Shown here: piece by piece, positions 1 through 10,097 of the stretch
Layout of the letters: each line of letters starts with the position of its first letter
Numbering within the stretch: position 1 is the stretch's first letter
The notes under the pieces: model-generated
Databases searched by the model: none
Told to the model about the DNA's origin: nothing
Seen by the model: the letters and a program-made list of their open reading frames with translations, nothing else
Program-made: the position numbers and the translations under genes
NCBI GenBank assembly: GCA_963662265.2
Contig: CAXXHA010000013.1
Coordinates: 64,001 to 128,000, forward strand
DNA from: Spirochaetia bacterium
Lineage (GTDB): Bacteria; Spirochaetota; Spirochaetia; CADAEX01
Direction of reading: 5' to 3'
Length of the DNA stretch: 64,000 nt

Positions 1-732
1 TAGCTGGACAATGTTTTCAGGGAACTGAGGCAGTTCATCAATTTCCTGGACAATTTCTCTTGAAAGAACATGGAGATTTTCCTTGTGGACGTCTGAGAAC
101 GGGATAACAAGCTGGGCTATGGTTTCATCTCCTTCTACATCTATGTCGAAGGATTCTTCATCAAGTCCCAGTTTCTTAAGCATAAGAACAAGGATAACAA
201 GTCCCAGTCCCGCTCCTTCCGATGAGTCAAGTACTGCGCTCATTGCCTCTTCAAGTGAATTGAATGCTCTTGACCTTGCAATCCTGTCGTAGACTCTCAT
301 CTGTTCTTTTCTGGATATTTTTACATTATTCTTTATTATGAGTTTTAATGATTCGCCGGATGCATGGAATACTATTTTGATGTATAAACCTGCATCTTTC
401 TGTTTTTCAAGGTAATATTCAATATTACTCAGGGTAGCTTCTTTAAAGGATGCCATCCCCTCCTGATAGTCTTTTTCGTTTGTTATGTCTAGCTTCTGTT
501 CTTCAAAGAAGACTCGTTTTGTATTAGCCTTGTTTGCGTTTACAGCCAGTTCACGCATACAGTAAGAAATCTGAGGAGTCAGTTCCTGCTGACCGAATTC
601 TTTCAGGAAATGAAAAAGTATCGATTCAAGATACTCCTCTGTTTCGTGATTCATTTTAAAGGTTTTTATTGTCAGAGGAAGAGATGTTCTTGCCGCTTTC
701 TGAATTTTTGCAACATCAACTGCTGGTGCCAT
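1..732 (-). CDS. HDOD-domain signalling protein with N-terminal GHKL/HATPase-like domain (partial, runs off window start)
   Basis: Not in the ORF track; translated by hand from ATG at 732 with AGGAG RBS: MAPAVDVAKIQKAARTSLPLTIK...CMRELAVNANKANTKR...DSSEGAGLGLVILVLML...IDELPQFPENIVQL. Shows N-box-like ELAVNA, G-box GAGLGL and the HDOD start LPQFP. Confidence 0.75.
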   Translation of the reverse strand, partial: MAPAVDVAKIQKAARTSLPLTIKTFKMNHETEEYLESILFHFLKEFGQQELTPQISYCMRELAVNANKANTKRVFFEEQKLDITNEKDYQEGMASFKEATLSNIEYYLEKQKDAGLYIKIVFHASGESLKLIIKNNVKISRKEQMRVYDRIARSRAFNSLEEAMSAVLDSSEGAGLGLVILVLMLKKLGLDEESFDIDVEGDETIAQLVIPFSDVHKENLHVLSREIVQEIDELPQFPENIVQL

Positions 733-790
733 TTTGCTACTCCTGATACATTTAAAAACTGAACTTTTAAGCTACATTCATGTCAATAAA

Positions 791-820
791 AGTATAGTAT
801 TTTAATTTTCATGCTGTCAA
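791..820 (-). promoter_or_regulatory. sigma70-type promoter of the HDOD gene
   Basis: TTGACA-18nt-TATACT on the minus strand, ~60 nt upstream of ATG 732. Confidence 0.55.
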
Positions 821-826
821 GAATTT

Positions 827-858
827 AAAAAAAATGGGCCCTGTTACAGGGCTGTTTT
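827..858 (-). terminator. Probable intrinsic terminator downstream of the lonC-like gene
   Basis: GCCCTGT/ACAGGGC stem with an adjacent A-run (U-tract on the minus strand). Confidence 0.45.
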
Positions 859-1090
859 GAGGAAAAATACTCAGGAAGAATTATTTTTTTGTATAGATAC
901 CTGACATTATGTCTGGAAATAATTCATTTCACTGCATTGAAATATTTATATACAAAAAAAGATTATTTATAATCATCTGAATATTCTGACGCAAATACTG
1001 AAGAGTTCCTGCACCGCGGTCAGGCCTCTCTTCCCCTGGAGATTCTGTCCAGCAGAAATCCATAGCAGTTACAGGATTTTACCAGGGTTT

Positions 1091-3484
1091 TCAGGAGCCT
1101 GATGATTTCCCCAGGGCACTCAGTTCCTTGAGCTTCTTCTCTGCCAGGTGATTGAAGGTGTGTGCGGGAAATGTGCCTCTCCTGGTTTTTTCTCCCGGCT
1201 CCATACCTGTAAGAATTCTTATTCCGTCATCTATTGTTTTCACAGGGTATATATGGAATTCTCCCTTTTCGATGGATTTTTTTATCTCATCATTCAATAT
1301 AAGGTTTTTTATGTTTGTTTCAGGTATTATGACTCCCTGGTTCCCTGTAAATGATATTTCTCTGCATATTGAATAAAATCCTTCGACTTTTTCAGTTACT
1401 CCTCCGATAGGCTGTATTTCGCCTCTCTGGTTTACAGATCCTGTTACAGCAATATCCTGTCTTAGGGGGACTTCTGTAATTGATGATAAGAGTACATAAA
1501 TTTCAGTTGAAGATGCTGAATCACCTTCTATTTCACCGTAGGACTGTTCGAAGCAGATGCTGGAATATATTGAAAGGGGAAATTTCGATGCATATCTTGA
1601 TCTCAGGTAACCTTCAAGAATCATGACACCCTTGTTGTATATTTCGCCTGAAAGGCCTGCCTCTCTTTCAATGTTGACGATCCCTTCATCTCCCGGTGCT
1701 GTAGTTGCGGAAATCATAAACGGTTTTCCGAAAGAATAGGATCCCTTTTCATATACAGCAAGGCCGTTTATGATTCCTGTTTCCCTGCCGTCGATTTTTA
1801 TCCTTATTGTGCCGTCTTTAATAAGTGATGTGAGTTTTTCTTCCTGGAGACTGTTCAGGTACTTCTTCTCATCGACAGCTTTTTTTATCGACTCAGGGCC
1901 TATCTCATCTATCATTGCCTCTTTTGCCCAGTAATCCGCCTCTGTAAGCAGGTCTACAATCCTTGAAAACCTTGTTGTCAGTTTTTTCCTGCTTCCTGAA
2001 AGCTTTATCCCGTAATCTATGATTGCGCACATTCCTCTGTCTGTTATTTTTCTTATCTCTTTTCTGTCACAGTATCCGTCTATATACCTTATAAACTGAC
2101 CCAGATTTTCATCAGTCATTTCCATGTCTGAATCAAACTCGGCAGCAATCTTGAAGAACTTTTCAAATTCCTCATCACTGTGGTAGAGTATCTCATAGAG
2201 ATGTTCGCTGCCGATTATGATAATCTTTGTGTCAATTTTAATAGCCTCGGGTTTCATGAAAATGTTTGCAGGAATTAACGGGTTTACCTGCTGCTGTATC
2301 TGTACTTCCCCGCTTTTTAGGGCCCTTTTCAGATGGTCCCATGAATTTTCCTCCTGAAGAAGGTCTTCCGCGTTTATTACAAGGAACCCTCCTGATGCCT
2401 TTATTACTGATCCTGCTTTTACCATTGAAATTGAAGTCCTCATTTCTCCGTTTGCTTCAACTCTGTTTTCAATAGTTCCGAAAAGGTTTGATATTGAGGG
2501 GTAGGTTTCAAATATTACAGGAGCGTGTTTTTTACCCGAATTATCAACAAGTATGTTTACATCATATCTTGAAAGCTCTGCTTCAATTATCTCTTCATTT
2601 TCTTCATCATCATCAAGAAACAGGTATATCTGTTCAAGAATATCCTTTTTAAGCGATTTCAGGTATTTTGAGATTTCCTTTTCCGGGAAATCATTGTTCA
2701 GATAGTCAAGTTCTGATTTTATAATTGGTTCTACAAATTTTTTCTCAAGATCTACAAGAGTTGTCTCAAGTTCTATTTTATTATGCTGCATTTTTCTCAG
2801 GACTTCCTGAAGAGAATCAAGATGGTTGTAGTAATTGCTTCTTATTGTCTCGAATTCTTCTTCAGTAATCTTTCCCTCTTCAAGCAGTATGTGAATTTCG
2901 TCGAAATCAACAGGCTCCCCTTTTATAGATGGCATTATATCTGTTATGAGTTCATTTTCTTCTGTTGTTGAGTTTACAAGTTTGAAGCTGTCTTTTTTAA
3001 GTGCCAGTTCAAAGTTGTCGAGCAGGGATTTTTCTATATCTTCATATTTTTTTATTATCTTGTTTTTCTGTTTCTTGAATCCCTCATTCTCAAGACCGGT
3101 CCTTATTCTTTTTCTTATGGAAGTTATGAAGCTTGCCATGCTGCTTTTGAAATTCTGGGCCTTTCCCTGTCTGAAATAGAGAATTACCGGGTTTTCAGGA
3201 TGTGAAAAATTAAACACACATGCGATATCTTTTAGGGGAGAGGTTGTATTGAATTTCTCAAGTATGTTCTTAACCGCAGTATGCCTTCCTGTTCCGGTTT
3301 CCCCGGTAACAAAAATATTGTATCCCTTTTTCCTGAGCCTTGTGCCGAAGATGAGTGCTTTCTGCGCCCTCGGCTGCCCTGTGATATTGAGCGATTTGTC
3401 GAATTTTCTTAAGTTCTTTATTTTCTCTGTATCAATACTGTATTCGAGTTCTTTATTGCTTAATTCTATTATTTTATCCATCAT
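1091..3484 (-). CDS. Lon-family (S16) protease, LonC/LonB-like, with AAA-like module and coiled-coil insertion
   Basis: Catalytic GDSAS and PIGGVTEK motifs; degenerate Walker A GETGTGRH and Walker B LVINAEDL, as in LonC-type enzymes. Confidence 0.9.
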   Translation of the reverse strand: MMDKIIELSNKELEYSIDTEKIKNLRKFDKSLNITGQPRAQKALIFGTRLRKKGYNIFVTGETGTGRHTAVKNILEKFNTTSPLKDIACVFNFSHPENPVILYFRQGKAQNFKSSMASFITSIRKRIRTGLENEGFKKQKNKIIKKYEDIEKSLLDNFELALKKDSFKLVNSTTEENELITDIMPSIKGEPVDFDEIHILLEEGKITEEEFETIRSNYYNHLDSLQEVLRKMQHNKIELETTLVDLEKKFVEPIIKSELDYLNNDFPEKEISKYLKSLKKDILEQIYLFLDDDEENEEIIEAELSRYDVNILVDNSGKKHAPVIFETYPSISNLFGTIENRVEANGEMRTSISMVKAGSVIKASGGFLVINAEDLLQEENSWDHLKRALKSGEVQIQQQVNPLIPANIFMKPEAIKIDTKIIIIGSEHLYEILYHSDEEFEKFFKIAAEFDSDMEMTDENLGQFIRYIDGYCDRKEIRKITDRGMCAIIDYGIKLSGSRKKLTTRFSRIVDLLTEADYWAKEAMIDEIGPESIKKAVDEKKYLNSLQEEKLTSLIKDGTIRIKIDGRETGIINGLAVYEKGSYSFGKPFMISATTAPGDEGIVNIEREAGLSGEIYNKGVMILEGYLRSRYASKFPLSIYSSICFEQSYGEIEGDSASSTEIYVLLSSITEVPLRQDIAVTGSVNQRGEIQPIGGVTEKVEGFYSICREISFTGNQGVIIPETNIKNLILNDEIKKSIEKGEFHIYPVKTIDDGIRILTGMEPGEKTRRGTFPAHTFNHLAEKKLKELSALGKSSGS

Positions 3485-3511
3485 GCCATAATATTGTAGA
3501 TCATCACTTTG

Positions 3512-3540
3512 TTGTCAAGAATTGTTTTAAAATATATACT
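3512..3540 (+). promoter_or_regulatory. sigma70 promoter, probably giving a leaderless mRNA for nif3-lspA
   Basis: TTGTCA-17nt-TATACT, then 6 nt to ATG 3547; no Shine-Dalgarno. Confidence 0.65.
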
Positions 3541-3546
3541 GTTTTT

Positions 3547-4308
3547 ATGAATATTAAAGAGCTGGACAGCTATTTTCGGAAACTTCTTCCAATTGATGAA
3601 ATGGAAAGAACAGATATATCCCTTAACGGGCTTCAGGTTGCGAACAAATCAGGAGAGGTTAAAAAGGCTGCGTTTGCAGTTGATGCTTCTCTTGAGTCAT
3701 TCAAGAGGGCTGCTGAGTGGGGGGCTGATATACTCTTTGTTCACCACGGTCTTTTCTGGGGAAAGCCGCTTTCTGTTACCGGATCCCACTTCGAAAGGAT
3801 CAGTTTCCTTATTGATAATAATCTGGCGCTTTATGCATGCCACCTCCCTCTTGATATGGATGAAACTCTCGGAAACAATATATCCGCGGCAAGGCTTCTG
3901 GATCTAGAAGATATTGCCCCTTTCGGTGAATACAGGGGGAAGAAAATAGGTTTTAAAGGCAGGCTTAAAAATCCCCTTACATGTGAAGAAATAATTGAAA
4001 AGGCAGGATTTGAAAAAGATGGTATACTGTCACTGATGAAATTCGGACCTGAATTGTGCAGCAGTGTGGGAATTATCACAGGCGGTGCAACACGGGAAGT
4101 TGAGCAGGCTGTCTCGGAAGATCTCGATCTCTTCCTTACAGGGGAAGTTTCTCATCAGATGTATCATCAGTGTCTTGAGGATGGAATAAATGTAATTTCT
4201 GCAGGACATTATGCAACAGAAATATACGGTGTAAAGAATGTTTCTGAAAAAGTGAGAGAAGATCTCGGAATTGAAACAGTTTTTATTGATCTTCCTACAG
4301 GATTATAA
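3547..4308 (+). CDS. Nif3-like dinuclear metal-centre protein (YbgI family)
   Basis: NGLQV, VHHGLFW, CHLPLD, LTGE and GHYATE motifs. Confidence 0.93.
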   Translation: MNIKELDSYFRKLLPIDEMERTDISLNGLQVANKSGEVKKAAFAVDASLESFKRAAEWGADILFVHHGLFWGKPLSVTGSHFERISFLIDNNLALYACHLPLDMDETLGNNISAARLLDLEDIAPFGEYRGKKIGFKGRLKNPLTCEEIIEKAGFEKDGILSLMKFGPELCSSVGIITGGATREVEQAVSEDLDLFLTGEVSHQMYHQCLEDGINVISAGHYATEIYGVKNVSEKVREDLGIETVFIDLPTGL

Positions 4309-4317
4309 TTTATACAG

Positions 4318-4875
4318 GTGGCTAAGTTGACGCGTAAAAAATCATTTCCTTTTATCCTTTCTTTAATTGTTGTTGCAGCAGACCAGATAACAAAAATATT
4401 GATAGTAAAAAAAATTGATCTGTATACTGTGGGAGCCAGTTACTTCGGTGATTTCTTCCGGATTATTCATGTTAGAAACAAGGCAATTGCGTTCAGTCTT
4501 GGACATTCTCTTCCTGACAACTTCAGGACAGCCCTGTTTTCATTCCTTCCCCTGATTATTCTGATAATACTCATCGTATATATAGTAAAAAATGAAGAGG
4601 TTACAGTTTTTCAGAGGTGGACTGCAGCAGGTATTATAGGTGGCGGATTCGGAAACCTAATTGACCGTTTTTTCCGTCCCGAGGGTGTTGTTGATTTTCT
4701 GGATGTTAAATTCTATGGCCTTTTCGGTCTTGAAAGGTGGCCTACTTTCAATGTTGCCGACTCTGCTGTTGTTGTATGCGGAACCCTGCTGTTTATTTCG
4801 ATGCTTATACCTGTAAAAAAAACAGGCAGTAGTGATTCTCCTGTCAAAGGGGAAGAGGATTCTTCAGTTTTGTAA
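4318..4875 (+). CDS. lspA: Lipoprotein signal peptidase II
   Basis: DQITK, GNLIDR, VVDFLD and WPTFNVAD motifs; four TM segments. Confidence 0.95.
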   Translation: MAKLTRKKSFPFILSLIVVAADQITKILIVKKIDLYTVGASYFGDFFRIIHVRNKAIAFSLGHSLPDNFRTALFSFLPLIILIILIVYIVKNEEVTVFQRWTAAGIIGGGFGNLIDRFFRPEGVVDFLDVKFYGLFGLERWPTFNVADSAVVVCGTLLFISMLIPVKKTGSSDSPVKGEEDSSVL

Positions 4876-4958
4876 AACTTTAATCTTCTGGAACCGGGAA
4901 GGTTATCCTGACCTCTGTTCCGGGACTTAAAACCATATTGCCGGTGTGATACGGGTAT

Positions 4959-5399
4959 TCAGTATATGGATTTTATTTCGCTCAGGACAAATGAACTCCT
5001 CGTAGCCTTTACCCCTTTTATATCAAGTATATCTTTAAGCACTACATTTGAATAATGCTCCATATCTTCTGCGACTATTTCAAGCAGAGTATCCACATCT
5101 CCCGAAACAGCAAATACACTTACAACACTGTCAAGTGAGGCAAGACTTTCTGCCAGTTCTTTCCACCCGATATCAGGATCTCTTATAACACCGCAGAATG
5201 CCCTGACAGAAAGGCCAAGCTTCTGCCTGTCTGTTAAGGCTCTGAATCCTGTAATTATTCCCTCTTTCTTCAGTTTTGAAATTCTTCTTGAGCAGCTTGA
5301 ATGAGACAGGTTTACTTTTTCTGCAACTTCAATATTTGAGAGTCTTCCGTTTCTCTGAAGCTCTGAAATTATTTTTTTATCAAATTCATCGAGTGTCAT
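4959..5399 (-). CDS. Lrp/AsnC-family transcriptional regulator
   Basis: LDEFDKKIISELQRNGRLS...HTH and C-terminal RAM domain; start moved to MTLDEF. Confidence 0.92.
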   Translation of the reverse strand: MTLDEFDKKIISELQRNGRLSNIEVAEKVNLSHSSCSRRISKLKKEGIITGFRALTDRQKLGLSVRAFCGVIRDPDIGWKELAESLASLDSVVSVFAVSGDVDTLLEIVAEDMEHYSNVVLKDILDIKGVKATRSSFVLSEIKSIY

Positions 5400-5624
5400 G
5401 ATTGCAAATCCTTTGCATTTTATATGCCGAAATATTGATTTATGTAAAATAATACTTTTTTTAGCGTAGTAATGCAAATAGTTTGATAATAATGTTTGTT
5501 AAATGTAAAGATATTGCAGATGCAGAATGTGTTAGCTATAGTTTTGTGTATGACAGCATAAAAAGCTGATTCCCTGAAACAGCAGATTGATGACTTGTGA
5601 AAAAATAAATACAGGAGAAAGGTT

Positions 5625-6248
5625 TTGGATTATCAATTATTTATTTCATTTGTAATAGCAACAGCAATTTTAATACTGATACCGGGACAGAGTGTTCTCC
5701 TGACAGTTGCTCACAGTATCTCTTTCGGGTGGAAACCTGCTCTTTTTTTTACTGTTACCGGATCTGTATGCGGAATTTCAATTCAGCTTGCAATTGCTGT
5801 GATCGGGCTCTTTACAGTTATTAATGCTGCAGCAGATTTTTTTATCTGGCTGAGATGGGGCGGTGTGATATATCTTATTTATTTCGGAATAAGAATGTTT
5901 TTATCAGCATCATCAGAAGCAGGTATTGGGGAACACACAGATAATGAAAAAAGTCTTTTTCTGCAGGGGATGATTATTACTATTTTTAATCCCAAGAGTC
6001 TTCTCTTCCTGACAGCCTTCCTGCCCCAGTTTGTGGATACCGGAAAACCGCTTTTTCTGCAGTTCCTGATTATTATTCCTGTTTTTCTTTTCATCACGTA
6101 TACAATAACCGGTTTATGGGCTGTCCTTGCAGGAAAGGGGAGAAGATTCATGCATAACCGCCGTGTACATAAGATCTTTTCACAGGCTGCCGGAATTATG
6201 ATAATAACAGCCGGAATAGGACTTGTTTTTGCTGGAATCAATATATAG
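5625..6248 (+). CDS. LysE/RhtB-family amino-acid efflux protein
   Basis: IPG, NPKSLLF and FLPQF motifs; AGGAG RBS with TTG start; divergent from the Lrp regulator. Confidence 0.9.
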   Translation: MDYQLFISFVIATAILILIPGQSVLLTVAHSISFGWKPALFFTVTGSVCGISIQLAIAVIGLFTVINAAADFFIWLRWGGVIYLIYFGIRMFLSASSEAGIGEHTDNEKSLFLQGMIITIFNPKSLLFLTAFLPQFVDTGKPLFLQFLIIIPVFLFITYTITGLWAVLAGKGRRFMHNRRVHKIFSQAAGIMIITAGIGLVFAGINI

Positions 6249-6412
6249 TAAAGTCTGGTTTCATCTTCCTGAATTCCTGCCATAAATAATGATTCAGTAA
6301 ATATATTTGTATTTTTGGAGAATATACCTGATATGCCGTATCAGGGGATTGTATTTATTCATAATTAATACAACACTTACGATAAGACTTGTTGAAAGAT
6401 TGTGAGGCCGTC

Positions 6413-7429
6413 ATGAAAATAGATACAATGAAACTCAAGCAGCTGAATATTGAACTGCTTAAAGCAGAGCTTCTCGGGAAAGAGAGTTCCACAAAAAACA
6501 GCCTTTCAGAGGCAACCGGGTTAAGTGTTGCTACATGCGGAAATATTCTTTCTGAACTTATTGCTTCCGGAGAGGTGATTGAGATTGAAAATGCAGGGTC
6601 TACAGGGGGGCGCAGGTCAAGGCAGTTTAAATTAAACAGCAACCATGCTTTTACAGGAATACTCTATGCCAGGATAGAAGCCGGGGAAAGAAGTATTTAT
6701 ACTGCAGTATTCAACATGAAAGGAGATCTTATTGAAGATCATCATTATGTCTATGAAGATATTTCTCTTACCGAAATTGATTCATGTATTGAGATAATGA
6801 CAGCCCGTTTCAAGAAAATTAAATCTCTTTGTATTGGTCTTCCGGGAATTGTTAACAGGGGAGTTGTTGGTCTCTGTGATCTCAAGCTTCTTGAAAATAT
6901 TCCTGTGGAAAAATATCTCTCGGAAAAGTATATGATCTCTGTGGCAGCTGTAAATGATGTTAATGCTGCAGTTCTTGGATACTTCAGGAAAGAAACACGC
7001 AGTGATTATGAAAGTATTGTATATATTTACTGCCCTGAATACGGTAATCCGGGAGCCGGAATACTTGTAAACGGTAAAATTCTGAAGGGTAAATCAGATT
7101 TTGCCGGAGAAATATCTTTTCTTCCGCTTTCTGAAGGTCGTGAAAGCCAGGATGAGATTCAGAGAGATTTGTACAGTTTTTCAGATTATATAGTGAAGAT
7201 AATCAGATCAATCAATGCAGTTCTTGATCCGGAAATTATTGTATTGACAGGAAGGCGATTTAATCCTGAAGTAATTAAAAAGATAAAAAAACAGACAGCT
7301 GAGCTTATTCCCGATGCTCATCAGCCTGTGATTGGTTTTGAAGAAGATCTTCATGACAGCTTTTCTGAAGGTCTGAGATGTATTGCCGGAGATAACCTTG
7401 GTATCGGAATAAAGTTAGTGGAAAACTGA
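6413..7429 (+). CDS. ROK-family transcriptional regulator
   Basis: N-terminal HTH (TGLSVATCGNIL), STGGRR, GLPG, NDVNAA and AGEI; start uncertain. Confidence 0.88.
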   Translation: MKIDTMKLKQLNIELLKAELLGKESSTKNSLSEATGLSVATCGNILSELIASGEVIEIENAGSTGGRRSRQFKLNSNHAFTGILYARIEAGERSIYTAVFNMKGDLIEDHHYVYEDISLTEIDSCIEIMTARFKKIKSLCIGLPGIVNRGVVGLCDLKLLENIPVEKYLSEKYMISVAAVNDVNAAVLGYFRKETRSDYESIVYIYCPEYGNPGAGILVNGKILKGKSDFAGEISFLPLSEGRESQDEIQRDLYSFSDYIVKIIRSINAVLDPEIIVLTGRRFNPEVIKKIKKQTAELIPDAHQPVIGFEEDLHDSFSEGLRCIAGDNLGIGIKLVEN

Positions 7430-7479
7430 TTCTGATGCCGGCTTGCAGCTGAAGCTTGATTTCTTCAGGAGGAATTAAA

Positions 7480-8700
7480 ATGGTTACTGCAGTTTTGCTT
7501 TCAATTGTATATATTTCTTTTATAAGTCTCGGACTTCCTGATTCTATTTTAGGGGTATCAATTCCTGCCATGCAGGTTGAATGGGGTTTTCCTCTCTCGT
7601 TCGGCGGAGCTGTCTCAATGACAGTTGTAGGCAGTACAATAGTCTCAAGTTTCTCAAGTAGTTTTGTTATAAGGAAATTCGGGACAGGGAAAGTTACTCT
7701 TGCAAGCTGCATTCTCACAGCTTTTTCCCTTTTTTGCTTTTCTGTTTCAAATTCTCATTTATGGCTTTTACTGCTTGCAGTACCTCTGGGGCTTGGGGGA
7801 GGCTCTGTTGATACAGCTCTCAATAATTATGTTGCCCTTCATTTTAAAGCCCGTCATATGAACTGGCTTCATTCCTTCTGGGGGGTGGGGGCAACGCTTG
7901 GGCCGTTTTTAATGTCATATTTTATAGCATTATCTTCCTGGCGCTCAGGTTACAGAACTATATCATTTATACAGATTTCTCTTTCCCTGGTTCTTTTTGT
8001 TAGTTTGCCGCTCTGGAAGATGCATAAAAAAATAACAGCTCCTAAAGATGAAGCTGTTTCTGAAGACAGGAAGGGAGCAGCTGAAACAGGAATTGCAGCC
8101 AAGGCTACTTCTGATGATTCTTTATCCGGTAAATCTGAAGCTGGAATTCTTAAAATCAGGGGTGTTAAATATGCACTCCTTACCTTTCTCTTCTACTGTG
8201 CTGTAGAACACTCTGTCGGGCTCTGGGGAAGCAGCTTTCTTGTAAGGATAAAGGATGCATCAGCTGAAGCAGGTGCTTTCTGGATGGCTTTCTATTACGG
8301 TGGTATAACAGCCGGCCGTTTTCTTTCAGGGTTTATCTCTTTCAGGTTCAGCAATCCTCAGATGATAAGGTATGGTCTGTTGACAGCTCTGACAGGTTCC
8401 CTTTTTCTGTTTTTCCCGCTTCCTGCTTTTGCTTCAGGATGTTCCTTTGTCCTTATCGGGCTGGGGCTGTCCCCTGTTTTTCCGGCAATGCTTCACGAGA
8501 CCCCTGTCCGCTTCGGTAAAGAAAACTCTCAGAAAATAATAGGTTTTCAGATGGGCTTCGGTTATACCGGGAGCGCATTCCTTCCGATGCTTCTCGGCGT
8601 GGTTCTTCAGCATGCAGGTATGTTTATGTTTCCTTTTTATGTGAATGTATTTACAGTTCTGATTCTTTTTACTTCCGGGCGGATAGATAAGTCTGTTTGA
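7480..8700 (+). CDS. MFS transporter (fucose-permease-like sugar transporter)
   Basis: FISLGLPDSILG, DTALNNYVA and HSFWGVGA motifs; ~12 TM; GGAGG RBS before ATG 7480. Confidence 0.88.
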   Translation: MVTAVLLSIVYISFISLGLPDSILGVSIPAMQVEWGFPLSFGGAVSMTVVGSTIVSSFSSSFVIRKFGTGKVTLASCILTAFSLFCFSVSNSHLWLLLLAVPLGLGGGSVDTALNNYVALHFKARHMNWLHSFWGVGATLGPFLMSYFIALSSWRSGYRTISFIQISLSLVLFVSLPLWKMHKKITAPKDEAVSEDRKGAAETGIAAKATSDDSLSGKSEAGILKIRGVKYALLTFLFYCAVEHSVGLWGSSFLVRIKDASAEAGAFWMAFYYGGITAGRFLSGFISFRFSNPQMIRYGLLTALTGSLFLFFPLPAFASGCSFVLIGLGLSPVFPAMLHETPVRFGKENSQKIIGFQMGFGYTGSAFLPMLLGVVLQHAGMFMFPFYVNVFTVLILFTSGRIDKSV

Positions 8701-8792
8701 AAGGATTTTTAGCTCCGATTCCAATTCTCTCTAGATGCTTCTTAATAGATGATACTTCATGTATACTTATAAAGATAGAATATGGAGGTTTT

Positions 8793-9995
8793 ATGCTTAT
8801 ATTTTCCTCTGTTTCATTGTTTTCCTTTACAGTTTATATTCTTCTGGGAATATATGTTCTGTGTATAAAACCCTCTTCCAGCCTGTACAGGAATTTCTTT
8901 TATTTTTGTCTCTGCTTTACTGTCTGGGCTTTTGCAGCTTTTTACAGATCATATGACAGGGGTTTTAACAGCAGTATAACAGCTATAAAGATCCAGTATG
9001 CTGCCGCTTTGATGTATTCCGTTTTTATCCTCAGGTTTTTTATACTTCTGACCGGAATTCCTGCATCCGGAAGAAAAAGAAATATAATATTTGTACTGCT
9101 TTGGGTTATTCCTGCTGTTTTTATGTATCAGAATTTACGGTACAACCGCATATTCAGCTCTTTTCCGGGAGGATGGTGGTATGCAGGTCTTCATCTCTTT
9201 GCAAACTTATATAACTTGTCTTCTGTTATTCTTCTGCTTGTCTGGTCTTCAGGATCGGAATCAAAAAGGGTAAAAAAACAGGTTAAAATAATTATTATCA
9301 GCACAGCTGTTACTATATTTATGACTATTGCGGGGGATTATATTGCTGGTTATCTTGATGTTCCAACCCCCACGCCGGCATTAACTCTTATATGGATTTC
9401 CGCAATCTATTTTGTGATTAAAAAATACAGGATGATTGAGATTTCGCCCTATACTGTTCCTGTTGAAATTATGAATTCTATGGAAGAGGTAATAGCTCTT
9501 TTCAATCCGGACAAGAAACTTATCTGGCATAATGAAGCAGATGATGCTTTTTTCATGACCATACTCCTGAAAAGAAAAAACCTTGTTTCTCTTTTTTCCG
9601 GCGATTTTAATTCTGTTTCAAGTATTAATGATCTTAAGGACCGGGAAAACACGGTATCGGTTTTCCGGTATCCCTACAGGCTTGATGAATATATATGTCT
9701 TTATGATATTCTGGTAAAAAAAATGTATGATTCTTTCGGAGATAATATAGGTTTTCTTCTGAAAGCAAGAAAAGTCAAATCTGTAGAGTTCTTAAGAACA
9801 ATTTACAGTATCACAAAAAGAGAACTGGAAGTTATAAAACTCCTGATTACCGGCTTGACCTATAATGATATTGCAGGGCAGCTCAATATATCAGAAAACA
9901 CGCTTAAAACACATATCTCTTCTTTTTACAACAAGCTTGGTATAAATAATAAGGTAGAGCTTATCAATCTTGTAAATAATCTTGAAAACCGGTAA
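8793..9995 (+). CDS. Membrane-anchored LuxR-type regulator (7TM sensor, PAS-like region, LuxR HTH)
   Basis: Seven hydrophobic segments; C-terminal ITKRELEVIKLL...YNDIAGQLNISENTLKTHIS; GGAGG RBS before ATG 8793. Confidence 0.85.
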   Translation: MLIFSSVSLFSFTVYILLGIYVLCIKPSSSLYRNFFYFCLCFTVWAFAAFYRSYDRGFNSSITAIKIQYAAALMYSVFILRFFILLTGIPASGRKRNIIFVLLWVIPAVFMYQNLRYNRIFSSFPGGWWYAGLHLFANLYNLSSVILLLVWSSGSESKRVKKQVKIIIISTAVTIFMTIAGDYIAGYLDVPTPTPALTLIWISAIYFVIKKYRMIEISPYTVPVEIMNSMEEVIALFNPDKKLIWHNEADDAFFMTILLKRKNLVSLFSGDFNSVSSINDLKDRENTVSVFRYPYRLDEYICLYDILVKKMYDSFGDNIGFLLKARKVKSVEFLRTIYSITKRELEVIKLLITGLTYNDIAGQLNISENTLKTHISSFYNKLGINNKVELINLVNNLENR

Positions 9996-10097
9996 AAATG
10001 CATTTTTTGCAGCATTCTCATCCTCTCTGGTACTTTTGTGTGATGTCTTGAATAACTGGTGCCTCCTATTATGAATAAATAAAATTCGGAGGTACTT

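Noticed and set aside
1091-3484. Degenerate Walker motifs in Lon as a novelty
   Set aside because: This is the known hallmark of LonC-type ATP-independent proteases.
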